Assembly (NCBI GenBank): GCA_030390025.1
Contig: CM059432.1
Location: forward strand, 70,558,001 to 70,622,000
Source: Squalus acanthias
Taxonomy: Eukaryota
Length of the DNA stretch: 64,000 nt
Direction: 5' to 3'
Of the stretch, positions 24,353-39,472 are shown in pieces (the stretch's first letter is position 1; the number at the start of each line of letters is the position of its first letter). The notes under the pieces are model-generated. The model made no database searches, was not told the DNA's origin, and saw nothing but the letters and a program-made list of their open reading frames with translations. The translations under genes and the position numbers were made by a program.

Positions 24353-26647
24353 GGCCGGAATTTTCCCAGTGCCGAGCAGCGGGTTTGGGGGCAGGTCAGC
24401 AGTAAAAATCGCCAAAATTGCCAGCGCGTCGGGAACCCGCTGACTTCCTTATTTAACTTGGGCATGTTTCCCAGCATGCCACGGACCCGCTTGGCAGAGG
24501 CGGGTGACCTAATTGAAGTACTTAACTGCTTCTTGAGAGACCCTTAAGAGGCTTTTTATCAGCATGTTTTGGCTTTAACTTCTTGAGCACGGGATTCATG
24601 CACCTCGGGAAACTCGCCTGTGAAGGGGAGGCGGAAGCTCAGTGGCCATTGTGCGAGTCCATTAAGTAACAGCTGGGAAAAACACACATACTCCACATTA
24701 CACCTGCTTCCTTCCCTAATGGAAAGGCTCTTGCTGACTCCATTTAGTGCAGAGATTTAGCTGTCAGGAGTTTGCAGGTGATTTCCACAACCTTGGAAGC
24801 CACTCTCCAGCACCTTGCTAGTCACAATCAGAACACTGAAGGATTGTGCCTCTGATCTCCACTTTACCTGCCATCTATTACATCAGCATGGGTGCCACTA
24901 TGCTGTCTTACCTTGGATCTCAGAATCGGACCAATGAGCGTCTGCCATGTGTTGTCCACAGCAAGCATGTTCTCCTGTGGCTGGCGCATTTGCTGCTCCA
25001 TGCAGCTGGCCATCCTTTCCATGGAACAGCACATCGTCACCATCGCCTGCAAGATGGTGGTGCTCATGTTGGAGATGGACTCCTCCGTTCTCTGCACATT
25101 TTCATACATCATGGCTTCAAAAGCTGCCAGAGCCTCATGCAATTGTTGCTGCCCTTCCAAGATCACCCCTCTTTCTCGATGGCCCCCGAGGTACAGCATC
25201 TGCATGCAGCTCAACAGAGCTTGGAGTGTCCTGCGAGGACTCTCCACTGCTGTCCCTGTCAACACCATCTGCTCTCTGCTCACTTGTGATGAGAGACACC
25301 AGCTGACAACACTACTCTATCATACAGGACCCACCGAGGTGTGCGTATCTGCGCTGGTGCTGGGTGTGCATGGGTCTGCTGACGGTGCACCCTCAGAGAA
25401 TGGAACTTCCTCTGAGGAGTCATCTTCCTCCTCTGGCTGGGCAGTGGGTGGATGGGGAGGCAGTTGCTGAACCTAGGGGAGAGTAAAGAGATGAATTATA
25501 AGTGTTATAAGAATGGGTAATGTTACCATTATGCACATGATTACATTTCACTGGCAGCTGACATCAGTCACCATATGAGTGATTGTTGTATGTCATGTGG
25601 CTGTATGAGATGTAATTCTGTCACCAGGTTGCTGGGATGTCCACCTCTCTTTCCATCTCCCACCAGCAACTCTGCAACTCCAGAGATCTCCAGGGCCGCC
25701 TCCTCTGCTGGAGTCAATGACTGAAAACTGGAGGGCTACCTCCGGTTCTCTATCTCTCCCTATTGTTCTGGGCTCTCTTCTCCTTCAAGTAGGGAAAGAA
25801 GAGAACTTTGAGTAAGAGTGATGGAATGAGTGTAAGGAATGGATGGGCTACATCTGTAGAGGGTGACTGAGGGAGTGGTGTGACATTGCCAAATGGCCTC
25901 CTTCTGTGGTGTTACTTGCTATGATTGCATTTGGATGAGGGGGAATGTCAGTGGTGGCTCGTCAGATATGGATGTGTGTAGTTACATAGACGGAGAGGGA
26001 TGGGTGGACCTGCAAGATAGGTTGGTGTGAGGAATGATGTGCAGGAGTAGGCTTGGGAAGGCAGAGTGATGGGGATGTGTTGACAGGCACATCAGGATGT
26101 AGGTGAGTGTGACATTGCACTCCCCTTTCCTGACCTCATTAGATCATTGAATCTTTTCCGGTACTGGATCCATGTCCTCCTTTACCACATCCCTGCTTCT
26201 GACCACCTCTACAATCTCCAGCCATGTCCTTTTTGTGTCTTTGGCTGGTTGTTTTCGTCAATTGCCAGGGAAGAGGACCTCGCTCTTACAGCCTGCACCA
26301 GAACTTCCAGGGAGGCATCGGTGAATCTTGGCGCTGCCTTCTGCCTTGTCTCCATGACCCACAGTTTTATCAGCTTTATTGTGTAATTGAGACCTCTGGG
26401 AACCACCTTATGTGCTCTTACATCAACTTTCAAATGAGATGTGAGCAAGGCTGCTTTAAATATCCATGCTGAAAACGAGTCATCGGTGATGTCCTCAGAC
26501 CCACTCCATTTAATTGGGCCGGGAAACACACATGACTGTTTTAATTGGGGCCATTAAGTTAAACGCTCACTGCAGAATGTGCTGTTCACATCTTCGGATT
26601 CCCGACCCGCACGTACACAACCCAACTCCAAGGTAAAGATTCCGGCC
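24353..26647 (-). mobile_element. Non-autonomous Harbinger transposon with decayed Myb/SANT-like (NAIF1-type) gene
   Basis: TIRs GGCCGGAAT / ATTCCGGCC, flanks AGT/AAT. Minus strand reads METRQKAAPRFTDASLEVLVQAVRAR...AWLEIVEVV...RRTWIQYRKRFNDLMRSGK with frameshifts, then RTGGSPP...LTPAEEAALEI. Confidence 0.82.
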
Positions 26648-26758
26648 AATGTACTTCAACACTGAAATGCTGTGCATGACATTTTATATTGTTATCACTC
26701 AAATGATTTCATCCCAACAAATCGTTTTATCACTTAAAACTGTGCTGTTTTAATGTAA

Positions 26759-26935
<177 letters not shown>

Positions 26936-26942
26936 TAATTAA

Positions 26943-27083
<141 letters not shown>

Positions 27084-27584
27084 TAACTGCTGACCTCAAT
27101 TTTTCCATTTTATGAAGGAATATTATATGTGACTGCGATCTGACTGTATAGTGCTGTTCTGGATGATCGCGTTATGACTGATTAGTTAGATGTGTGCTGT
27201 TTTGGGTAAATCTTCAGATGCCTACCCCAATCTGTGGTGTCATGTGTTACCCAAATCTCCATTTTACGTACCAATCCACTCTTGGTTCTAAACCAAAAGA
27301 AATCTTTAGATTACCAGGAAATTATGAAGATTGTGCTGAGCAAATCACTATCACTATAATGTTGAGCTATTGCTCTTACATAGGAGAAAATATAAGAATT
27401 AAAACAAATATCAAAATGGCAAAATTACTTTTATAAGGATTTAATATTTTTCAGTGAAATTGGTTTTTGAGAGGAGGGATTCTGGACAGCCAAGGTCATT
27501 ATTAAAAAATTCCAGGTTAGGGCTTAAGAAGAGCATCTGTATCTGCTCTACACCCAACATTGTGCCTATTGTAGTTATTCACAG

Positions 27585-28620
27585 TGGCAGAAGGTGGGAA
27601 GTGGTGTTCCACAAGGATCAGTGCTGGGACCACTGTTGTTCACAATTTATATTAATGATTTAAACTTTGGAATCAAAAACACAATTTCTAAATTTGTGGA
27701 TGACCCCAAATCAGTTGTGGGGGGGAATAGTCCATACTAAGGAGGACTGCAACAAATTACAAGAAGACATTAATAAACTTGCAGAATGGTCATATAATTG
27801 GCAAATGAAATTCAACACAGATAAATGTGAGGTAGTACATTTTGGTAAGAAAATTAGGGAGGTCACATATTACTTGGAAAATAAGAATCTAAATGGGGTA
27901 GAGGAGCAAAGGGATCTCTGAGTACAAATACACAAATCACAAAGTATCGACACAAGTTAACAAGGCCATAAAAAAAAAAGCAAACCAAGCACCAGGGTTT
28001 ATTTCTAGAGGGATAGAATTGAATAGTAATGAGGTTATGCTAAACTTGTATCGAACCTTGGTGAGACCACACTTGGAGTACTGCGTACAATTCTGGTTGC
28101 CATATTATAAAAAGGATATGGAGGCACTGCAGAGGGTGCAGAGAAGATTCACAAAGATAATACCAGAAATGTAAGGGTATACCTATTAGGAAAGGATGAA
28201 TAGGCTGGGTCTCTTTTCTCTTCTGAGGGGTGACCTAATAGAGGTCTTTAAAATCCTGAAAGGTTTTGATGGAGTAGATACAGAGAGAGTGTTTCCACTT
28301 GTGGGGAAGAGCAAAACTAAAGGCCATCAATATAAGATAGTCACTAAGAAATCAAATAGGGAATTCAGAAGAAACTTCTTTACCCAGAGAGTGGTGAGAA
28401 TGTGGAACTCACTACCACAGGGAGTGGTTGAAGCGAATGGTATAGGTGCATTTAAGGGGCGGTTAGATAAAAATATGAAGGAAAAGGGAATAGAGGGTTA
28501 TGCTGATAGTTAGATGAGGAAAGACTGGAGGAGGCTTGAGTGGAGCATAAACGCCGGCATAGACTGGTTGGGCCAAATGGCCTGTTTCTATGCCATATAT
28601 CCTATGTAATCCTATGTAAT
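27585..28620 (+). mobile_element. CR1 LINE 3' portion
   Basis: [15 protein letters not shown] start, LQEDINKLAEWSYNWQMKFNTDKCEV, RGDLIEVFKILKG...WNSLPQGVVEA; atcctatgta tail. Confidence 0.93.
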
Positions 28621-28689
28621 TCCATCCTCCGAGCATTCCCCCACTGTGCCGTTATGAAATTTTGCACTTCCCACAGCCGCTGTCCTTGT

Positions 28690-29922
28690 TACCTAAATTG
28701 GATGAGTGGGCAAAACTGTGGCAGATGGATGTCAACACAGGTAAGTAAGGTCATCCATTTTGGACCAAAAAAGGATAGAGCTGAGTTTTTTAAATGATGA
28801 AATGCTAGGAACAGTGGAGGTCCAAAGATATTTAGTGGTCCATGTACAGAGATCACTAAAATGTAGTGGTTCGGTACAAAACTTAATCAAAAAGACTAAT
28901 GGAATGTTAGCCTTTATAACTAGAGGGCTATAATGTAAAGGGAAGGAAGTTTTGCTACAGCTATACAAAGTCCTGGTTAGACTACATCTGGAGTACAGGA
29001 AACTCTCGTTTAAACGGCACCTAAATATCCGGAATTCTCTAATAACCGGCAAAATTCATACTCCGAAAACAACACCTCAATAACCGGAAATGTTGCCGAG
29101 TCCGAGTCTCCCGCGGTGGCCGAGTTAGTCAGTGAGGGTAGTTCTCCAAACTGCCACTACTCGGCGGCTTGGCACTGTCTGAAGTCTCTTCCGATCCGAA
29201 CACCTCAATAACCGGAAATGTTGCCGAGTCCGAGTCCATTTAACACAACATTCTGTCGGTGAGTACCCAATTATACTGCACATTTCTTGATTTTTTTATT
29301 TTTGTTTGTTAAAAATAGCCTCGGTAGATATACCTCTCCATTATCCGGAATTTTTAATCAACCGGCACCATCCCGGTGCCGGATACGAAAGAGTTTCCTG
29401 TACTATGTACAGTTCTGGGTACCGTACCTTAAAAAGGATACATTGGCCTTGGAAGGAGCGCAGTACAGATTCACCAGAATGTTACCAGGGCTCCCAGGGT
29501 TAAATTATGAGGAGAGATTACATAAACTATGATTGTATTCCCTAGAATATAGAAGGTTAAGCGCAAATTTGTTTAAGGTTTAATTTTGAAAGGAATTGAT
29601 AGGGTAGTTAGAGAGAAACTTTTTCTGCTGGTGGGGGAGTCTAGGACAAAGGAACATAACCTTGAAATCAGAGCCAGGCCATTCAGGAGAGAAGATAGGA
29701 AACATTTCTTCATGCAAAGAAGTGTAGAAATCTCTCCCACAAAAAGCAATAGCTTTTTGCTCAATTAATCATTTTAAATCTGAGTTCGATAGATTTTTGC
29801 TAGCCAAGGGTATTAAGGGATATGGAGTCAGGTGGATGGAGTTAGGATACAGATGAGCCATGATCTCGGTGAATGGCAGAACAGGTTCGAGCGGATGAAT
29901 GGCCTACTCCTGTTCCTATGTA
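28690..29922 (+). mobile_element. CR1 3' portion interrupted by a TA-TSD MITE
   Basis: KVIHFG...HLEY [insertion] YVQFWVPYLKKDTLALEGAQYRFTRMLPG; 3' UTR gaatggcctactcctgttcctatg. Confidence 0.87.
28996..29400. mobile_element. Tc1/mariner (pogo/Tigger-like) MITE
   Basis: TA|CAGGAAACTCT ... AGAGTTTCCTG|TA; perfect 38-bp internal direct repeat at 29071-29108 and 29199-29236. Confidence 0.88.
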
Positions 29923-30007
29923 CCTCTGTGATTTGGCCAATTTAGTGCCAGTCAACACAAAATCTATCTTAACTACCCATAATTTAAAGATAGAAACCAG
30001 AATGTAA

Positions 30008-30289
<282 letters not shown>

Positions 30290-30477
30290 TGAAATGTGGG
30301 TTGATGTATAAGCATCACAACATAGTAACTGAAACAATTATTGTAACTAGACAAAAACCCAAATTCATTAATTTGCCAATATAATGATTTTTATTTGAAC
30401 TGAACCCTATCCACTTCAGTTCGAATTAGCCCAGCCAAATCTTGGCTTGAATTCAATTAGTAAGACAATTATTTTTC

Positions 30478-30775
30478 TCATATGAACAATGACTGACAGG
30501 AAAAGACCCTTTGGTCCATCCAGCCTGTCCCACAGAATTGTGAAACCTTGAGTATTACAATATATATACTCTCCACCCCATCCAAAAACCATGCGATCTC
30601 CTGGGAGGGGCGAAAACCACATGATAAACCCAGGCCAATTTGGGGAAAAAATCTAGGAAATTCCTCTCTGAACCCCCCTGCTCTCTTTCCGCCCCACCCC
30701 ACCCCCCCAAAAAAAACAGGCCATCAAAACTAGTCCAGGATATCACTCTGGCCCTGAATTCCTTGCAGTACCTAA
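30478..30775 (-). mobile_element. 3' UTR of long-UTR CR1-like family
   Basis: Reverse complement aligns with 57828-58004 joined to 58688-58770. Confidence 0.82.
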
Positions 30776-31837
30776 CTGATAACTCAAACGGAATCTATTC
30801 CCTTTATCTTCTTGTAAACCTCGATCAGATCATCCTGATGTCTATGCTTCTCTAAAGTGTAGAATCCCAGCTCTTTTAGCTTATTTTACAGTATTTATTT
30901 TCACACTTAACAGCATAACTGTTTGCTATTACAATTATCTTATAGTTGCATTTAATGGTGAGACGAGAACAAAAATGTATCACTCGTGATTGAAACCGTC
31001 CGAATGTTATTTCCACTGATTTCAATAGAAATGACGTTCGGACGGTTTCAATCACGAGTGGCTGATCCACAACATCAGTGTTGCGCCTAGGCAGCAAAAT
31101 GAAAATCTACCACAGGGTTACACATCTGTTTCACTCTTCATTCTAAAGGTTTAAAATGAGAGTGGGAGATGTCCATTTAGAGTGCATTCTGGGAACAAAT
31201 TGCTTTACCCATTTGTTTTCTCGCTTGGGGGGGGGCCCACTATGTAAATGTACCATTTGCCCATCCAACATGTGAGTGATAACTGTAAAATCTGTCAAAT
31301 CCACAAGCCCATTATGAATTTATATCAGGTTAAAAAGTGGAAGGTATTTCACATGCATAAGCCTTGCCTCTTAATGTGCTTAATATTGTGTTTATTCACT
31401 TTCCAAAGCATTTGTACAGGTTAAATGTGTTAATACAGGAGGTAATCAGCTATTTTTATAATGCCATGTTTCCCATGTATAAAAACCTTATACCCAGCTA
31501 CCGATCCCCTCCCCTCCCCAAGAAAAAACATGACCTGCTGTGGTCACCACCAACAATTCTGAAACATGAAGCACTGCTAGAATTATATGTATAAATATAT
31601 CAACAAACACATTACGCCAGTGTATGTACCTACAAATGGTGTAGAAGCAAAACTTGCAATAACTGCACCAGCATTTAAAATTCTAGAAAAAGAAAAAAGA
31701 ACAAAATGCTTTAAATTCATTGCAGTGGCTTGTGCATCATATAATGAAACAGCCAACTGGAGAATTTGAATATGCATTGTGAAGATGGAGCTTTTATGAA
31801 TGGTATTTCAGATTAAACTGTCTGTTAATTGTTTTAA

Positions 31838-32038
<201 letters not shown>

Positions 32039-34659
32039 TAAAGAATAGAGCTATAGCCAACTGGAATTAAGTATATTGTTTAGACCCAAAAGATAATGCA
32101 TAGAGCTATATTCTACCATTAGTCAAGGGCCAGAAAATGTACCCTATTAAAAGCCAAGTCTTTGAAAGGTTTTTGGGAAACTTGTTCAGGTTGGGGGGGG
32201 TGGTTAGCTCAGCAAACCGAAGACTTCTGTGCTGTCATCATGCAAGTGAAATGATGTGTTTTGATGCACTTTATGGTATTGTGTGGTTGCCAAATTCTTT
32301 TTGTTTGATTACTTTATCATGAAGATTGAGAGTTTCAGTCTTTAGTGTCTTTTATACTTAATTTTGTGTATTGCCTTTATAAACAAATGAGCACCAGAAT
32401 TATTTCCGCGGGGATTCCCTGATAGCCCGCCTTAATTTGAGGGGAAGATTGACTGTTGTTTATGCCATTTCCCTGGGGTTTCTGCTGATCTTCTGACAGA
32501 CAATCAGGAGGACCGCTGTGAAAATGCTACCCCTTGAAGTGTTTTGAGTTCTTGCCTGGAATGCCTTGTGGTTGTACAGCACTCCATCTTGGGGACAGGG
32601 AAAATAGTACTTGAGCTTCTCCTGTTAACTGTTACGTAGTGCCATTGACAGCAGTCCTGAAATATATTTGGCCTCTTCACCTAATGGAGTTGGGAAGGTT
32701 GAAAGAAGAAATACAAACGAGTGAGGGGGAAGAATAAGCTAAAATTTAACACTTTTATTTTTTCTTTGAAGGTGTCTATTAGATTTTGCTATTTTTGGAC
32801 CTGGTTATGGTTTACAATAGTATCTTGTACTCAAGCGGGGCTGTAAAATCAGTGTTAAAAATGTTATGTTGCCAAAGTTGTGTTGGCACTCTACTTGATT
32901 AATCCAAATGCTTTGGGTAAAACCTGGTTTTGCTGTGTTTTAAATCAATGTACTAATGAGGTATCAATGCATAAACAATATGCTTTCTATAGGAATCAAC
33001 TGGTAATAAAATTGCATAAAAACAGACAGAAATATTGCAACCAACCTAGTGGAAAAAAATGATCTTGCTCTCTCATTTGTTGTATCATGAATTCAAAAAC
33101 ATCCCATTATAGAGGCAGCAAAATGGGCATCATCATGGTACAGCTGTTTTACATGAATAAGAACTGTTTGAAGTCCATTGCAGGCATCACATTATTGAAA
33201 GTGGAGGGATTGATTTGTTCTGTTTCATCCTCTGCTCTTTCATCATTTACCGTGCTCAGCCTCTGGATCACAAAAGGCTGGTTAAAGTGCAGGTGAGCTG
33301 TGCACTCGTTGAATGTAGAATGAACAGCAGTAAAGCCTTTCTGATGCCAGTGGTAACTATTACTTGACTATTAAATGCTGACATTTGTCAGTGTGTGGAA
33401 CTGCTAGGTGAAGGTGATAATTTGGCTTTCGTATTAAAAAGATAAAAACAATGGGGTATCTTCCATTTACTATTCATTTCATTCAATTCAGATTTAAAAT
33501 CCAAGGTGTACATTAATCACAAAAAAAAGTGCAGATTGATGAAGGTAAATATTACAGATCCCCGATGTGTATTAAAATGGAATATGGATGGAAGAGGCTG
33601 GACTATATTCTGCACATTGTGTTATACGTTTTATGTGTCAGTAACTGCCATGATATTAGTTCAACATCTAGTAATACAAACCATACATATTCTGGTTGTA
33701 TTGTTTGTTCTGGTGTGTTTCATACTGGCATGAAATCATTCAAAGTATGAGGTGTAGACTCCATTGGATATCACACTGTTAAATGTTTAAATCTTTTTAG
33801 ATGGTAAAGAAACTGATATCAATTCCAGGAAGTTTGCTAGTTCTTCAGAAATAAAATATTTAGGGTAGTCTGAAGTGCAAGATGTTTCCTCTAATTTACG
33901 CAGATAGGTTGACGTGTACACTGGGTGAAGCTCTTCCTTTTAGGATTGTTGTTACAACTGACAGTGCATACAGCAGCAGCACACATTTCCTCTCTCACTG
34001 CCTCTGTTGACTATTCCTTTGCATTATAGGCTTTCTTACTGTGACTCACACAGGACAAGGAATAATCAGCAGTTTTCTGCTGGTTTGCGTCTGGGGACTT
34101 CATGTACGGAATATGTTCGACACCAACACACCCTTTATAATGTGCAGAAGAATTCTTTCAGGCCATTTGCGACAAACTGCAATTTATAAATGGCTTTGAC
34201 ATCACGGAAACTTTGATTAATGTTCTCCTTTCTCACAGGGGAAAAAGTGGGTGATTTATCTAGTAGTTTGAGGGCAAGTAGAGATGGGGAGGAGATTTTG
34301 TCTGTTTCGTACTTGTAGTGAAATTGTAAATGACTGTATACAGAATACGTTTGATTTTGCTATAAATAGCAGAGAGGAGTTCTTTGCTTGTAGATTAGTA
34401 AACTTTGTACAACATGGTTCCTGTACTGCTGGGACCATGGAACTATCATCTGTGGAGTGTTATTGGTCAGTGTAGATTGTAGTGTTAATTTTTGATCCTT
34501 TATCTTCTGTGGTCACTGAGAAATTTGCCTAACTTATGAATTCAATATATGATAAATCAATTCTTACAGTAGAATAAATAAGGTGGATATAGCCATTATG
34601 GGGTAGATTGTACATGGCCTGTTGTAAGGAGGGTTGATTTGGTTGTCTTTTTTTTCCCC

Positions 34660-35668
34660 AATTGTTCCTTGGATGTGGGCATCACTGGCAAGGACAGCAT
34701 TTATTGCCCATCCCTAATTGCCGTTGAAGGGGGTGGTGAGCCACCTTCTTGAATCACTGCAGTCCGTGTGGTGAAGGTACTCCCATAGTACTGTTAGGTA
34801 GGGAGTTCCAGGATTTTGACCCAGTGACGATGAAGGAACAGCGATATATTTCCAAGTCAGGATGGTGTGTGACTTGGAAGTGATGGTGTTCCCATGCGCC
34901 TGCTGCCCTTGTCCTTCTAGGTGGTAGAGGTCGTGGGTTTGGGAGGTGCTGTTGAAGAAGCCTTGGTGAATTGCTGTGGTGCATCTTGTAGATGGTACAC
35001 ACTGCAGCCACGGTGAGCCGGTGGTGGAGGGACTGAATGTTTGTTTAAGGTGGTGGATTGGGTGCCAATCAAGCGGGCTGCTTTATCCTGGATGGTGTCA
35101 AGTTTCTTGAGTGTTGTTGGAGCTGCACTCATTCAGGCAAGTGGAGAGTATTCCTTCACACTCCTGACTTGTGCCTTGTAGATAGTGGAAAAGGTTTTGG
35201 GAGTCAGGATGTGAGACACTCGTCGCAGAATACCAAGCCTCTGACCTGCTCTTGTAGCCATAGTATTTATGTGGCTCGTCCAGTTAAGTTTCTGGTCAAT
35301 GGTGACCCCCAGGATGTTGATGGTGGGGGATTCGGTAATGATAATGCTGTTGAATGTCAAGGGTCGGTGGTTAGACTTTCTCTTGTTGGAGATAGTCATT
35401 GCCTGGCACTTGTGTGGTGCGAATGTTGCTTGCCACTTATCGGCCCAAGCCTGAATATTGTCCAGGTCTTGCTGCATGCGGGCATGTACTGCTTCATTAT
35501 CTGAGGAGTAGTGAATGGAACTGAACACTGTTCATCGGCGAACATCCCCACTTCTGACCTTATGATGGAGGGAATGTCATTGATAAAGCAGCTAAAGAGG
35601 GTTGGGCCTAGGACACTGCCATGAGGAACTCCTGCAGCGATGTCATGGGGCTGAGGTGATTGGCCTAG
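34660..35668 (-). mobile_element. Non-LTR retrotransposon 3' portion (RT family distinct from the CR1/L2 copies)
   Basis: MQQDLDNIQAWADKWQATFAPHKCQ, ILGVTIDQKLNWTSHI, IYKAQVRS; 3' end gggcaataaatgctg. Confidence 0.9.
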
Positions 35669-35809
35669 TTATACACTAGTCAAATCTGGCATGGCAGCTA
35701 TGGTAGGGATCCATATGGTCATTTCCCCATTGAAGTTCAAGATAAATTAACCTTGAGCTGAACCAATCTTTAGCATTTGTAATTTAGGGCTGAAAAGTAC
35801 AGTTATATA

Positions 35810-37062
35810 TAAGAACATAAGACGCAGGAGTAGGTCATTTGGCCCTTCGAGCCTGCTCCGCCATTCAATAAGATCATGGCTGATCTGATCTTGGCCTCAA
35901 CTCCACTTCCCTGCCCGCTCCCCATAACCCTTGACTCCCTTATCGTTCAAAAATCTGTCTACCTCCACCTTAAATATATTCAATGACCCAGCCTCCACAG
36001 CTCTCTGGGGAAGTGAATTCCAAAGATTCACGACCCTCAGAGAAGAAATTCCTCATTTCCGATTTAAAAGGGTTTCCCCTTATTCTGAAATTATGCCCCC
36101 TAGTTCTAGATTCCCCCACGAGGGGAAACATCCTCTCTGCATCTACCCTGTCAAGCCCCTTCAGAATCTTATGTTTCAATAAGATCCCCTCTCATTCTTC
36201 TAAACTCCAATGAGTATAGGCCCAACCTGCTCAACCTTTCTTCATAAGATAACCCTTTCATCTCCGCAATCAACCTCGCGAACCTTCTCTGAACTGCCTC
36301 CAATGCAAGTATATCCTTCCTTAAATAAGGAGACCAAAACTGTATGCAGTACTCCAGGTGTGGTCTCAACAACGCCCTGTACAGTTGTAACAGGACTTCC
36401 CTACTTTTATACTCCATTCCCTTTGCAATAAAGGCCAACATTCCATTTGCCTTCCTAATTACTTGCTGTACCTGCATGCTAACTTTGTGATTCATGTACA
36501 AGGACCCCCAGATCCCTCTGTACCTCAGCATTTTGTAATCTCTCGCTATTTAAATAATTTGCTTTTTTATTTTTCCTACCAAAGTGGATAACCTCGCATT
36601 TTCCCACATTATACTCCATCTGCCAGATTTTTGCCCACTCACTTAGCCTATCTATATCCCTTTGGAGATTGTTTGAGTCCTCCGCACAATTTGCTTTCCC
36701 ACCTATCTTTGTATCATCAGCAAATTTGGCTACATTACACTCAGTCCCTTCATCCAAGTCATTAATATAGATTGTAAATAGTTGAGGCCCCAGCACTGAT
36801 CCCTGCGGCACCCCACTAGTTAGTTTGCCAACCTGAAAATGACCCATTTATCCCGACTTTCTCTTTTCTGTGAGTTAGCCAATCCTCTATCCATGCTAAT
36901 ATATTACCCCCCAACCCCGTGAGCTCTTATCTTGTGCAGTAACCTTTTATGTGTCACCTTTATCGAATGCCTTCTGGAAATCCAAATACACATCTACTGG
37001 TTCCCCTTTATCCACCCTGCTCGTTACATCCTCAAAGAACTCCAGCAAATTTGTCAAACAGA
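35810..37062 (-). mobile_element. CR1 LINE 3' portion
   Basis: [23 protein letters not shown]...KFADDTK, RPHLEYCIQFWSPYLRKD; ataagaacataag tail. Confidence 0.94.
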
Positions 37063-37249
37063 GCTTCACGAGTCTAATGGTAAACTGTCTGAATCAGGTG
37101 AAAGTTTTTTTTTATTCCAATCCAGCCAAAATGATTTTTTTAAATGTCTGACAAAAGGGGCATTTCACAGTTTAGTCTGATTGGATAGATTTGAGGCGTC
37201 CGTGTTCATCCTACACCTGACCTTCCGTTTCAGAGCTCAGAGCTTATCC

Positions 37250-39472
37250 CAACTGTCCAGCATCTGGCCCTCCATTGACCATGACATTTCTGCAGCTACT
37301 GATCTGCCCAACCATACCCTCACCACCACCTTTGATGCCCTAATCCCTACTAAAACAATTACCCTCCCTCACCCTGGCCATTCCCCCTGGTTACGGCACT
37401 CATCTTCACTCCCTTAAGTCCAAGAGACGCAGACTTGAACAGATATGGCGGACAACTGGTTTAGCCATTCACCGCCAGATCTGGCTGGACCACATAAAGC
37501 ATTATCGGGCCCTGCTCTCATCTGCCAAAATTGCTCACTATTCCAGAATCATTCTGGAATGCAAAGATAAACCCTGGCTCCTATTCTCTACTGCTAACCA
37601 TCTTCTTAAACCCCTCTCCCCTGTCTCCTCCACCCTCACCTCCGATAACAAGTATGAGGAGCTCATGGACTTCTTTGTCTCTAAGATTGAGACCATCCGT
37701 TCAGCTGCCTCTGCCACTTCCCTTTCTTCCCCTAGCCCTGGGCCAAACTTCCTCTAAGGTTCCCCCCTGCCCTAGCACTGAACTCGCATCTTTTTCCAGT
37801 TTCTCTCCGATCTCCTCTCATGACCTCTGCGCTCATCTTGTCCATGAGATCCACCTCCTGCTCCCTTGACCCTATTGCTGACCACCCAACTTCTTTTTCT
37901 AGCTCTCATGTTAGCTGATATTGTTAATAGTTCTCTCTCCTCGGGTACTGTCCCCCTCTCCCTCAAATCTGCCGTCATCACCCCTCTCCTCAAAAAACCA
38001 ACCCTTGATCCCTCCATCTTTGCAAACTACCGCCCCATCTCCAACCTCCCTTTCCTCTCCAAAGTCTTGAACGTGTTGCTGCCTCCCAAATCTGTGCCCA
38101 TCTTTCCCGCAATTCCATGTTTGAATCCCTCCAATCAGGTTTCCGCCCTTCCCACAGTACCGAAACAGGCTCTCATCAAAGTCACAAATGACATCCTTTG
38201 TGACTGTGACAAACGTAAACTATCCCTCCTCGTCCTTCTTGACTTGTCTGCCGCCTATGACACGGTTGACCACTCCATCCTTCTCCAACGCCTCTCCACC
38301 ATCATTCAGCTGGGTGGGACTGCACTCGCCTGGTGCCATTCTTATCTATCTAATCGTAGCCAGAGAATCACCTGCAACAGCTTTGCTTCCCACTCCCGCA
38401 TCGTTACCTCTGGTGTCCCCCAAGGATTGATCCTTGGCCCCCTCCTATTTCTCATCTACATGTTGCACCTTGGCGACATCATCCGAAAACACAGCATCAG
38501 TTTCCACATGTACCCTGACAATACCCAGCTCTACCTCACCACCTCTTCTCTCGGCTCCTCCACGATCTCTAAATTGTCAGACTGCTTGTCCAACATACAG
38601 TTCTGTATTAGCAAAAGGTTTCTCCAATTAAATATTGGGAAGACCTGAAGTCACTGTTTTCGGTCCCTGCCACAAACTCCGTTCCCTAGCCACTGATTCC
38701 ATCCCTCTCCCTAACATCTGTCTGAGGCTGAACCACACTGTTTGCAACCTTGGTGTCCATATTTTACCCTGAAATGAGCTTCCAACCACATATCCGCCAC
38801 ATAACTAAGACTGCCTACTTCCACCTCCGTAACATCACCCATCTCCGCCCTTGCCTCAGCTCATCCGCTGCTGAAACCCTCATCCATGCCTTTGTTACCT
38901 CTAGACTTGACTATTCCAATGCACTCCTGGCTGGCCTCCCACATTCCACCCTAAGTAAACTTGAGGTCATCCAAAACTCAGCTGCCTGTGTCCTAACTTG
39001 CACCAAGTCCCGTTCGCCCATCACCCCTGTGCTCGCTGACCTACATTGGCTCCCGGTTAAGCAGTGCCTCGATTTCAAAATTCTCATCCTTGTTTTCAAA
39101 TCCCTCCATGGCCTCGCCCCTCCCTATCTCTGTAATCTCCTTCAGCCCCACAACCCCCTGAGATATCTGCGCTCCTCTAATTCTGCCCTCTTGAGCATTC
39201 CTGATTATAATTGTTGAACCATTGGTGGCTGTGGCTTCTGTTGCCGAGGCCCTAAGCTCTGGAATTCCATGCCTAAACCTCTCCGCCTCGTTACCTATCT
39301 TTCCTCCTTTAAGACGCTCCTTAAAACCTACCTCTTTGACCAAGCTTTTGGTCACCTGCCCTAATTTATCCTTATGTGGATCGGTGTCAAATTTTTTGTC
39401 TTCAATACTCCTGTGCAGTGCCTTGGGACGTTTTACTACATTGAAGTCGCTATATAAATACAAGTTGTTGTT
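37250..39472 (+). mobile_element. L2-clade LINE, 5'-truncated, frameshifted
   Basis: KSAVITPLLKKPTLDP...NYRPISNLPFLSK, LLDLSAAYDTVDH, GVPQGLILGPLLF, HAFVTSRLDYSNALL; tail ctatataaatacaagttgttgttg. Confidence 0.94.
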
